28,692 bases of DNA, from NCBI RefSeq assembly GCF_006345805.1, contig NW_021836712.1:1-28692 (forward strand), in the 5' to 3' direction. The translations under genes and the position numbers were made by a program. Positions 1 through 9,690 of this stretch are shown here, piece by piece. Origin of the DNA: Octopus sinensis. Taxonomy: Eukaryota. How positions within the stretch are numbered: position 1 is the first letter of the stretch; every line of letters starts with the position of its first letter. The notes under the pieces were generated by a model. The model did no database searches and had not been told where the DNA came from. It saw nothing but the letters and a program-made list of their open reading frames with translations.

Positions 1-231
1 AAAACAAAGATCAATACCCAATCCATTCTATGGATTTATGTCAAAAACTGAAGATAAAAGCTCACATTAGAGAGTAAAAAAAGGGTCGAACGAAAAAAAT
101 TATGGAAATGTTCCTTCAACATAAAGTTAGGTAAGGCTCAGAAAAGAAAGTGTGTCTTCATTAAAATTAATGAAGTGAACGTGAAGTTACAGCTAAATAC
201 GGGCAGTGATATTACAATTATTAATACTGGT
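1..231 (+). mobile_element. Degenerate Ty3/gypsy LTR-retrotransposon gag/aspartic protease remnant
   Basis: Frame 133-231 reads KAQKRKCVFIKINEVNVKLQLNTGSDITIINTG, matching the retropepsin (I/V)xLQLDTGSDITII pattern with D->N. Upstream frameshifted PNPFYG...KSSH resembles an eroded gag knuckle region. Truncated by microsatellites. Confidence 0.6.
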
Positions 232-268
232 CCACACACACGGCGTAGATGGAGTGGTTAGGGAGTGT

Positions 269-269
<1 letters not shown>

Positions 270-303
<34 letters not shown>

Positions 304-514
304 TACTACTACTACTATTACATATTTGTGTGTGTGAGTGTATGTGCATATGTATATCTGTATATATATGCGTACATATGCATATATATATATATATGTA
401 TATGTGGTTGAGAGAAAGAGGGGGACAATAACTTACCAAGCGCGTATAAGTAATGCATTTACATATATCTATATATGTATGTGTGAGTATACGTGTGTAT
501 ATATAGATGTGCTT

Positions 515-559
<45 letters not shown>
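270..559. repeat. Compound microsatellite: (ACT)n, (GT)n, (TA)n
   Basis: Directly visible simple repeats; source of the low-complexity ORFs at 221-733. Confidence 0.95.
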
Positions 560-563
<4 letters not shown>

Positions 564-612
564 ATTGAAGAAATGGAGTTGAACGAAGATTGAACAGAAT
601 TCCTTTTATTGC

Positions 613-696
613 ATTCTACACATGTTTCAAAAGCCACAATTCTCCAAATTCTGATTAAATAAGGATACCATATTGTGGCTTTCTCTTCATAGGAAT
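613..696 (-). ncRNA. Type I hammerhead-ribozyme-like motif (variant core) near the PLE 3' end
   Basis: Minus strand: AUUC-CUAUGAAGA-GAAAGCCACAAU-(31 nt)-AUUGUGGCUUUU-GAAAC-AUGU-GUA-GAAU. It has a 4-bp stem I, 12-bp stem II, GAAA, a minimal stem III containing palindromic ACAUGU, and a GUA triplet. The core deviates from CUGANGA. Confidence 0.55.
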
Positions 697-1277
697 TCCG
701 TTGGCAGAACAAAACAGAACAGAGGCGCAGCAAATCAATTTGAACGAGGAGGCTCTTTAAGAGCCATGGCTGAACTGATTATCAATGTACGTTGAAATCG
801 GGTGGTGGGTGCGTTGAAGATATTTACAGGTCAGGCGGCGGTCAAATCCAGTAGGTGAGAGCAAGGGGTGTGGAGATGTTCTGTGTGACCAAAACTAAAA
901 TTCTGAATATTTTAAGAATACTGGGTGTATTTTTGGGGGGCGAGACAAAAACTACCTAGAATCATGTATGTGTGTACTGGCCTATGTGTGCGCGGCCGTA
1001 TGTTGGTAAAAGGCGCTACATAATGGTCACTGCTCAAAAATTCGTCAGGCGGCAGAAAATATTTTTTGTGTTCGTGTGTTCGTCTAGGCCTGCTTGTCAA
1101 AAAATTAACGTCGTCAAAGAATCCTAAGGGTATATAAAATTCCTGCGTTTGCTTCCAAAACAAAACACCATTCGCCTAATGGGAGTAATTTCCCCTTGCA
1201 AGGGTTATTCATATATTTCTTAAAAAGCTTTTTCAAAAATTATTTCCAAGGATTGTTGGTGCTAATTATCTTAGGTA

Positions 1278-2006
1278 TCATTTATAAGCAAGATAAGTAT
1301 AACGCCGCCAATGGGGACATCGAAAAGCCGACTGTAAAAGTCCGTTTACCAACCGGTCTCTGGCGAACAATATGTGAAAAAGCTCAGAGACACAAAGATT
1401 GCACTTCCTTCTGCCCCTATCAAATGGGAGGGCCACCGACAAAATCGACCATTCCAGCCTGAAACCTGAGTTCGCGTTCTTCAAACCCCATATAAGCTTG
1501 CTAAGTCACGTAGCTTGGTATTTATTCACGTCGCGAAAAGTTGCGAAATGGTTGGAAATTCGCAAGGCCAATTTTGACGATGAGGCCCTGACATACGAGT
1601 AGACATCTGAGTCCGTGTAAACCTTACATTGGTAAATGGCATTTCTGATCTTGGAGTTATTCGACAAGAACCTTATTCTATTGGGATTAGCTTCTGAAAT
1701 TAGAACTGCGTTACTGGTACTATATTGATTGCGAGAACTGCGGGGGCTTACTACTTTATATTCCTCAAATTCACTATTAATTAACGGACCAACCCCTGAG
1801 TCTTCCCTATCACTGAGAGCGCTGTAATTGCTAGTATCCGTGGGCCTGCTATTGCCGGAAACGACGCTGGAGTTGCTATTAGGACTCTCTACATTAATGA
1901 CCCAAGCTGCGCTCACCTCACTATTGGTTTTATCTCCAACCATGCTTTCTTCTGCTGTGATTTTGCTACCAAGGTATCGGTTAAACTTTTGATTAATCTG
2001 CAACAA
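1278..2006 (-). pseudogene. PLE GIY-YIG endonuclease with S/N-rich linker; in-frame TGA at 1506-1508
   Basis: AIYQCKV..YSYVRASS..LRISNHFATF..YQAT*LSKLIWGLK..LEWSIL..ALPF..RKCNLCVSE..RCPH. ORFs 1506-2006 and 1278-1484 are in the same frame. The YIG glycine reads as Arg (AGG). Confidence 0.85.
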
Positions 2007-2124
2007 GATTATTCATCTTTCTATTTTACCAAATATGTATTATATATATATTATATATATATATATATATAGTGAATTGAAGAAATGGAGTTGAACGAAG
2101 ATTGAACAGAATTCCTTTTATTGC

Positions 2125-2208
2125 ATTCTACACATGTTTCAAAAGCCACAATTCTCCAAATTCTGATTAAATAAGGATACCATATTGTGGCTTTCTCTTC
2201 ATAGGAAT
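2125..2208 (-). ncRNA. Hammerhead-like motif, copy in unit 2
   Basis: Same sequence as 613-696. Confidence 0.55.
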
Positions 2209-2789
2209 TCCGTTGGCAGAACAAAACAGAACAGAGGCGCAGCAAATCAATTTGAACGAGGAGGCTCTTTAAGAGCTCATGGCTGAACTGATTATCAATG
2301 TACGTTGAAATCGGGTGGTGGGTGCGTTGAAGATATTTACAGGTCAGGCGGCGGTCAAATCCAGTAGGTGAGAGCAAGGGGTGTGGAGATGTTCTGTGTG
2401 ACCAAAACTAAAATTCTGAATATTTTAAGAATACTGGGTGTATTTTTGGGGGGCGAGACAAAAACTACCTAGAATCATGTATGTGTGTACTGGCCTATGT
2501 GTGCGCGGCCGTATGTTGGTAAAAGGCGCTACATAATGGTCACTGCTCAAAAATTCGTCAGGCGGCAGAAAATATTTTTTGTGTTCGTGTGTTCGTCTAG
2601 GCCTGCTTGTCAAAAAATTAACGTCGTCAAAGAATCCTAAGGGTATATAAAATTCCTGCGTTTGCTTCCAAAACAAAACACCATTCGCCTAATGGAGTAA
2701 TTTCCCCTTGCAAGGGTTATTCATATATTTCTTAAAAAGCTTTTTCAAAAATTATTTCCAAGGATTGTTGGTGCTAATTATCTTAGGTA

Positions 2790-3517
2790 TCATTTATAAG
2801 CAAGATAAGTATAACGCCGCCAATGGGGACATCGAAAAGCCGACTGTAAAAGTCCGTTTACCAACCGGTCTCTGGCGAACAATATGTGAAAAAGCTCAGA
2901 GACACAAAGATTGCACTTCCTTCTGCCCCTATCAAATGGAGGGCCACCGACAAAATCGACCATTCCAGCCTGAAACCTGAGTTCGCGTTCTTCAAACCCC
3001 ATATAAGCTTGCTAAGTCACGTAGCTTGGTATTTATTCACGTCGCGAAAAGTTGCGAAATGGTTGGAAATTCGCAAGGCCAATTTTGACGATGAGGCCCT
3101 GACATACGAGTAGACATCTGAGTCCGTGTAAACCTTACATTGGTAAATGGCATTTCTGATCTTGGAGTTATTCGACAAGAACCTTATTCTATTGGGATTA
3201 GCTTCTGAAATTAGAACTGCGTTACTGTTACTATATTGATTGCGAGAACTGCGGGGGCTTACTACTTTATATTCCTCAAATTCACTATTAATTAACGGAC
3301 CAACCCCTGAGTCTTCCCTATCACTGAGAGCGCTGTAATTGCTAGTATCCGTGGGCCTGCTATTGCCGGAAACGACGCTGGAGTTGCTATTAGGACTCTC
3401 TACATTAATGACCCAAGCTGCGCTCACCTCACTATTGGTTTTATCTCCAACCATGCTTTCTTCTGCTGTGATTTTGCTACCAAGGTATCGGTTAAACTTT
3501 TGATTAATCTGCAACAA
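2790..3517 (-). pseudogene. PLE GIY-YIG endonuclease, copy 2 (TGA at 3017-3019 plus frameshift near 2938)
   Basis: Same protein as 1278-2006; a 1-bp deletion in the G run shifts the C-terminal RKCNLC part. Confidence 0.85.
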
Positions 3518-3543
3518 GATTATTCATCTTTCTATTTTACCAA

Positions 3544-3575
<32 letters not shown>

Positions 3576-3602
3576 GAATATTATGTATATATTTATATGT
3601 AT

Positions 3603-3930
3603 GTTACGTTTATATATTTGTGGTGCAAGAATTGTATGTGAAATCGTGTGTTGAAACAGATATTGTTGTATTTAGGAATGGTCATTTTGCCAATAAAAAC
3701 ACACGCTCTATATATTTGGTGTTATTTTGTTTCAGTGCTATTTATTTTTTTACATTAATCTTAATCTTATTTCGGCCATAGTTCTTCGTCACACTCCTGT
3801 GACCGCATCAGTGGTCCTTTGCTTTCGTTTTTCTTATTGTGTGTTTCTCCTTACTAACCGTCAGTTATTTTGTATTTCTATTGAAAGTCTTCATTTGCGC
3901 ATGTGTATATCTCTATGAGCACCTATGCTA
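3603..3930 (-). repeat. PLE pLTR copy A
   Basis: Reverse complement aligns with 5875-6140 and with 7545-7850 (ctgacggttagtaaggag...ctgatgcggtcacaggagtgtgacgaa...ggcaaaatgaccattcc). Confidence 0.85.
3774..3817 (-). ncRNA. Hammerhead-like motif in pLTR A (CUGAUGCG core; one A missing from GAAA)
   Basis: GGACCA-CUGAUGCG-GUCACA-GGAG-UGUGAC-GAA-GAACUA-UGGCC. Confidence 0.4.
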
Positions 3931-4650
3931 GCGATAATAATAATATGTTGTTCATTGAGCGCCCGTGTTCCTGCTCGGCGTGTTGGTACAGAATCGATGA
4001 GCTCTTTCCTTCTGTAAGTTCTCTCCAATGTACATTTACCCGTTCTCCTATGCTTCGTGCCGTTTCCCCTACATATGTCGTTGTCTTGTTACTGCATCGT
4101 CCCTCTATACATCTTATACTACAGACTACATTTCTGGCTTTACAGTTTGTTTGTGGGCTAAATCTACACACAGTACAGTACCTATCCGTACAGGGGTTTC
4201 TACTAAAACGGTAGGTTCTACCGATTATGGATTTGATAGGGTTGCCTGGCTTTTCATCAACCTTAATCTTTAGCTTAAGTTTGTCTAGGGTCCTTCTAAA
4301 GCGGTACGCCAGTTCACCTCTTGGGGTGGTGTCGACGAACATGACACTCTGGTATTTGTGGCTATCACACCAAGAGTTGGCCTTCCCTATTTTCTTCTTA
4401 GTCCTTTCCATAGTGTTCCATGACTTGTTCCTATAGAGTGGGCAAATACCATTCCTATCATTACATAAGATGGCTCCTTTGTATACTCTGATCCTTTCTT
4501 TATGGCTGTAACCTGAGAACTGCATGCGGTGAATGAAATGTTGTATGAGTCTCTTAACTCTGTAGGCTCGCACATGCGGGACACATTTCGCATTATTCTG
4601 ACGAAGTCTGCCATCAAAATATTGAATTTGGCATTGCCTGCCAGAGCTGA
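3925..4650 (-). pseudogene. PLE RT thumb + Cys-rich linker + GIY-YIG endonuclease (C-terminally truncated)
   Basis: NAKFNILMADFVRIMRNV..MQFSGY..VMFVDTTPRGEL..CTDRYCTVC..C..VVCSIRC..YVGETARSIGERVNVH..ILYQHAEQEH. The Cys/His-rich linker is Neptune-like (inference). Confidence 0.88.
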
Positions 4651-5790
4651 TACGAAAGTAACAACTTTACAGGCGCATGAGGAGAGAGAAAAGGTCCTCA
4701 ACGCCCACATGATGTTGTGGACAATTGTTCTGGGACCCCAAAAACGCACAGCTAACAATTTCCAAGCCTGGAACAACGATATCCCGACATTGTATGGACT
4801 TCTCAAGGACCATAAAGTAACCACTGTCTCTGTAGCCGGACCACCTACAAGACCAGTCTGTGGAGCGAATATCGCTAGCAACTACACAATCTCCTACTTC
4901 CTCTCAATCATACGCCATACGATGTATGGTGGGTAGCATGGATGTGCTATCCCTATACCCATCGATCGACGTGGATTTTGCGGTTGAGAAGTGCGTGGAG
5001 ATGATCAATGGGAGCGAGGTGGAGTTCCGCAATGTCAACACAGAGGAACTGGGCCTCCAACTTAGACTGAATATGACAATGAATGCCTAGATAAACATGA
5101 TCTTAATAATTTCTGCACCAGTAGACGTTTAAGAGGTAGACCACCCACAATTACTTCTATGACTAGGAAGACCCATATAGAGAGATGGAGCGGATGGGCC
5201 AGAGCCATACGGAGCCCCACAAATGTCTATCAGGTAAAGAAAATGATCGCACGTGCACTAGGGGCTAGTATAAGAGTACCCTAAAAGGCCACACGTTAAA
5301 GCTTAACAATAAAAACATATGCCCTGGACGAATGGGTAGCCATCGGCGTTAGTATCGACAGTGATGTGGCCAACCTTTTCATATGGTGGGACAGAAGGCT
5401 TAAAGCACGCCTAACACAGAACTCCATACTCATTAACCTGTACTCTCGCTATGTTGATGATATGAACATAGTGTAAAGGCACCCCGCAAGAGAGTAATGT
5501 TGAAATAGAAATAGAAAATAATACTATGGAGAGCATCCTGCAAATAGCTAACTCCATCCACCAGAGTATTAGGGTCACAATAGACTACCCCGTTAAACAC
5601 CATAACCATAGACTACTAGTACTAGACACAGAACTCTGGCTGGAAACTGAGAATAATAAAACCGAATCTTTCATTCGTACTATACCAAACGTATGGCCTC
5701 CAATACTTGATCCACCAGAACTCAGCTATCGCGGACAATGCCAAATTCAATATTTTGATGGCAGACCTCGTCAGAATAATACGAAATGTT
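4651..5790 (+). pseudogene. PLE reverse transcriptase core (frameshifted)
   Basis: PTLYGLLKDHK..PPTRPVCGA; GSMDVLSLYPSID; VAIGVSI..VANLF; LYSRYVDDMNIV; IANSIHQSIRVTIDYP..VLDTELW. Confidence 0.9.
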
Positions 5791-5844
5791 ATTTATTTAG
5801 AAATTACACGAACGTATATAAACTGAAGATACAAATATTATAGG

Positions 5845-6140
5845 CATTCCCCCTCCCCACTAAGTAAACATAGACGCTCATAGAGATATACACATGCGCA
5901 AACGAAGACACATACAATAGAAATACAAAATGACTGACGGTTAGTAAGGAGAGACACACAAATAAAAAAACGAAAGCAGAGGAGCACTGATGCGGTCACA
6001 GGAGTGTGACGAAAGAACTGTGGCCGAAATAGATTAAGATTAATGTAAAAATAAATAACGCTGAAGTAAAGTAACACCAAATGTATAGAGCGTGAGTTTT
6101 TATTGACTGAACTGGCAAAATGACCATTCCTAAAAACAAT
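5845..6140 (+). repeat. PLE pLTR copy B (inverted relative to A)
   Basis: Inverted homology to 3670-3930. Confidence 0.85.
5981..6025 (+). ncRNA. Hammerhead-like motif in pLTR B (G at the cleavage position, likely inactive)
   Basis: GGAGCA-CUGAUGCG-GUCACA-GGAG-UGUGAC-GAAA-GAACUG-UGGCC. Confidence 0.35.
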
Positions 6141-6157
6141 ATTTATATGTATGCTTA

Positions 6158-6284
<127 letters not shown>

Positions 6285-6814
6285 TTGAAGAAAGAAAAGA
6301 ATGACTTCACTTGTAGTTGTAATCAGTGTAATTTTATATTTTTGATGCTTTTAATAATATATACTTTAGTTCATAGGTCTAGTACGTTCTTTGTTAACTT
6401 GGGTGTGGAGATTTTTCAAGAAATTCCTCAACTTTTTTGGAGTAATTTCTCGTATTCCTAGTGGAAAAGATCCGAGGTTTTGGGGCTTTGTGACTCTATA
6501 TTTGAGGTTTGAGTGTGTTGGGGGTAGGATGGGGTGTGTTAATCAATTTAGAAGTAATAGACGTGAATGGTCAACAAAATATACTTGATTGGGGTGGCGT
6601 TGGGAGGTGGCAGGGTGTTAAAGGAGTGTTTTCTGAAGCATTTGAATAGTTGAAATTCGGTCACAAATCTAATGACCATGGTTTTCCGAGATCTTTCTGT
6701 TAGTAATTTGTTTATGATTTAGGGATCTGGGTGCTGTTAATGATGTGTAAGACACATGACTTTGGAAAAAAATGTTTGTTGATAGATGTATTTTATATAT
6801 ATACATACATGCAT

Positions 6815-6849
<35 letters not shown>

Positions 6850-6852
<3 letters not shown>

Positions 6853-6955
6853 TTGGACAGGTCACTTCAACCGTGTTTCAGACGTGAATTTGCTACCCAG
6901 GTTTCGGTTAAACGAATTTTCCATGGTGACGATAAACATAGGATAATTCATTCAC

Positions 6956-6958
<3 letters not shown>
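6850..6958 (-). repeat. Short fragment homologous to the 5' end of the tandem PLE unit; contains a hammerhead-like 3' half
   Basis: gtgaatttgctacccaggtttcggttaaac (6884-6913) vs gtgattttgctaccaaggtatcggttaaac in both units: 3 mismatches in 30 nt, with weaker homology on both sides. Confidence 0.55.
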
Positions 6959-7037
<79 letters not shown>

Positions 7038-7197
7038 TATATATATATATATATAATATATATATATATGTATATATATTGTTATATTTCGGAATGGTCA
7101 TTTTGCCAGTTTAGCCAATAAAAACACACGCACTATATATTTGGTGTTACTTTGCTTCAGTGTTATTTATTTTTTACATTAATCTTAATCTTATTTC

Positions 7198-7242
7198 GGC
7201 CAGAGTTCTTTCGTCACACTCCTGTGACCGCAGCAGTGGTCC
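7198..7242 (-). ncRNA. Hammerhead-like motif in pLTR C
   Basis: GGACCA-CUGCUGCG-GUCACA-GGAG-UGUGAC-GAAA-GAACUC-UGGCC. Confidence 0.35.
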
Positions 7243-7628
7243 TTCGTTTTCTTCTCACTTATTTGTGACTCTCCTTACTAACCGTCAGCCATTTTGTATT
7301 TGTATTGTATGTCTTCATTTGCGCATGCATATATCTCTATGTGCGTTTATGTTTATTTAGTGTGTGTATGTGGGGGGGATGCCTGTAATATGTGTATCTT
7401 CTGTTTATATATGTTCATGTAATTTGTATTTTGTTTTTGTTTTTGTTTTTGTTTATTCTTATTTTGTTCATGTGCTTACATCCACCTATTATTATCATTA
7501 CATACACACACTAAATAAACATAAACGCATATATAGATATAAGCATGCGCAAATGAAGATATACAATAGCAATCCAAAATGGCTGACGGTTAGTAAGGAG
7601 AGTCACAAATAAGTGAGAAGAAAACAAA

Positions 7629-7673
7629 GGACCACTGATGCGGTCACAGGAGTGTGACGAAAGAACTATGGCC
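7629..7673 (+). ncRNA. Hammerhead-like motif in pLTR D (best-preserved copy)
   Basis: GGACCA-CUGAUGCG-GUCACA-GGAG-UGUGAC-GAAA-GAACUA-UGGCC: 3-bp stem I core, 6-bp stem II, 2-bp stem III, CUA triplet. Confidence 0.5.
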
Positions 7674-7968
7674 GAATAAGATTAAGATTAATGTAAAAGT
7701 AAATAACACTGAAGCAAAGTAACACCAAATATATAGTGCGTGTGTTTTTTATGGCTAAACTGGCAAAATGACCATTCCGAAATATAATATCATGTTTCAA
7801 CACACGACTTCACATAAAAATCTTGCACAACAAATATTTAAACGTACTATGTATATATACATATTTACATTTATATTTATATAGAGTGTATTCACCCATG
7901 CACGGGTATACTCATACACACATATATAAAAATACTATCTCTATATATGCATTTATATACACATAGAC

Positions 7969-8490
7969 ACATCATCATCATTGTTCGACCGTGGTCGAGA
8001 CAATGGAATTTACGACGCTACACCAGTCTTCACGGTCCATCATGGCATTACGGAGGTCCTGTTGCTGGATGGCTGGATCCCTGGAGAATATATCAGGGTA
8101 TGAGAGTGTGCGCCCTCTGGTATCGCGAGTAGAAAGCTTCCACAGGAGAAGACTAGTAATTACCTCGTTTTCAGCTCTACAACAATGTCCAGCAAACTGG
8201 AGCCTTCTACCTTTCACAAGAGATGATACAGGTGGTAGTTTCCCATATATTTGCATTTTGGTTGGATGGCGCTTCCACGAGAGATTTTGAGCTCTCATAA
8301 GGAGGCGAGTGTACGTTCCGTCCAACCGTCTCTCAAGCTTCTTTGAGAACGTCCAGGTTTCTGAGCCATAGAGTAGAATTGGTTCGACTGTGGCTTTGAA
8401 GATTTCAAGTTTGAAGTCTCTACTTAGATTTGATGACCAGATCTTATGCATGTCATTACAGACTGACCAGGCCATACCCTTTCTAGTTAG
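7969..8490 (-). mobile_element. 5'-truncated RTE-clade LINE (ORF C-terminus + (GAT)n tail)
   Basis: KIWSSNLSRDFKLEIFKATVEPILLYGSETWT..RLDGTYTRLLMRA..RRLQFAGHC..AMMDREDW; stop followed directly by a TGA/GAT repeat tail. Confidence 0.9.
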
Positions 8491-8549
8491 AAACATACAT
8501 ACGCACATACATACATACACACATAGATATATACATATACATTCAAGCG

Positions 8550-8583
<34 letters not shown>

Positions 8584-9020
8584 AACCTATATGTATACAC
8601 ATATGCATGTATGCACACATAATATCTACATACACATGTACATGTGCATATATACATATATATATATCTACACACACGTACATTTATACGGATTAATATC
8701 CTCCTACAGATCATATGACCCCACACCCCGCCCATGCACCCACCACCATCATCATCATCACCGCCCAATGTCCATTTTGCATGTGGATGTTGAACGATGA
8801 CGATGAGGAAAATTATGGATGCATTCATAAACATATGGGCACCTATAAGGCAGAAAAATAGCCACGGTGGGGGTATGTGTGTGTATATTTATATTTACAC
8901 TATATATCCACACACACATGTATACGCACATGTATGCACCCATATACTTGCGCATGTATCGCATCTGTATATTTACATATAATGTACCAATGATCTCACA
9001 CATATACAAATATATATATG

Positions 9021-9059
<39 letters not shown>

Positions 9060-9061
<2 letters not shown>

Positions 9062-9150
9062 TGCATCAGCTTGCAAAATCGTTAGCGCTTCAAGTAAATG
9101 TCTTAGCAAAATTTCGTTCGTCTTTAATTTCTGCGTTCAAATTCCGCCGA
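9060..9150 (+). mobile_element. Degenerate head of the tRNA-derived SINE seen at 24577-24798
   Basis: agcttgcaaaatcgttagc..aaatgtcttagc..atttcgt..gttcaaattccgccga aligns with the reverse complement of 24700-24798. Confidence 0.6.
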
Positions 9151-9416
9151 AAATGTGTAGAAAATAATGGAGAATTAACAAAAATCAAGAAAGACGAAAA
9201 AATCTCAGCAAAAAATTAATTAAAGGGTTATATAATGAGACAGAATGTGTGTATGTATCTAAGTATGTATGTATGTATGTATGTATGTATGTATGTATGT
9301 ATGTATGTATGTATGTATGTAGGTATGTATGTATGTATGTATTATTATGTATGCATGCATATACGTGCATACATGCCACATACAAACAGACAAACAGATT
9401 GCTGAAATCTACATGT

Positions 9417-9452
<36 letters not shown>

Positions 9453-9454
9453 AT

Positions 9455-9570
9455 TTTCTCTATTCCTTTCAGTTGTAGAGCGTAGGCTCGAACGTAAAAG
9501 ACATTTCCAATTCACTTGCTCGTTGTTCGTACACCTGTTTTGTCTTGACTTTTCTAAGAACGACAGCTAT
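9455..9570 (+). repeat. Probable PLE pLTR remnant with an eroded minimal hammerhead
   Basis: ccttt-cagttgta-gag-cgtagg-ctc-gaa-cgta-aaag retains stem I (uuu/aaa), stem II (GAG/CUC) and palindromic ACGU, but the core is mutated. Family assignment is from memory. Confidence 0.35.
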
Positions 9571-9593
9571 ATTATATATATATATACATTGTT

Positions 9594-9597
9594 AGAT

Positions 9598-9655
<58 letters not shown>

Positions 9656-9690
9656 GTAGATAGATATACATATATATATATATATACGTG
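9594..9690. repeat. (GATA)n/(TA)n microsatellite
   Basis: Visible simple repeat. Confidence 0.95.

Larger units (their letters stand above)
560..2037 (-). mobile_element. Penelope-like element fragment, tandem unit 1 (linker + GIY-YIG endonuclease + ~720-nt 3' region), between (TA)n tracts
   Basis: Minus-strand translation gives a PLE-type C-terminal GIY-YIG domain. The unit is repeated at 2072-3548. No RT motifs inside the unit. Confidence 0.85.
2072..3548 (-). mobile_element. Penelope-like element fragment, tandem unit 2
   Basis: Differs from 560-2037 at only four positions that I could find (three 1-bp indels, one substitution). Confidence 0.85.
3603..6140. mobile_element. Penelope-like element (second family) with internal inversion and inverted pLTRs
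   Basis: EN half on the minus strand (3925-4650), RT half on the plus strand (4651-5790), flanked by inverted homologous repeats at ~3603-3930 and ~5845-6140. Confidence 0.85.
7081..7850. mobile_element. Non-coding foldback element made of two inverted PLE pLTRs (C and D)
   Basis: Arms ~7081-7372 and ~7500-7790 are reverse complements with a ~130-bp spacer; both are homologous to pLTRs A/B. Confidence 0.85.

Noticed and set aside
432-460. Perfect GTAAGT donor on the minus strand near 441-446
   Set aside because: Lies between microsatellites with no acceptor or plausible exon upstream.
221-733. ORFs with YIYI/VCVC/poly-T,L,I,N runs here and throughout (e.g. 6120-6461, 12674-13099, 13457-13958, 24544-25227, 27784-28165)
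   Set aside because: Translations of microsatellites; no coding signal.
1042-1048. CUGACGA hammerhead-core heptamer on the minus strand
   Set aside because: No stem II or GAAA follows.
912-1163. Complex-looking ORFs in the 3' region of the tandem unit (912-1163, 2051-2377, 2425-2676)
   Set aside because: Non-ATG starts, no recognisable domain, and different frames; best read as UTR/pLTR sequence.
560-1277. SECIS element for the in-frame TGA
   Set aside because: ATGA-containing hairpins inspected by eye lack the helix length, apical AA and opposing GA quartet.
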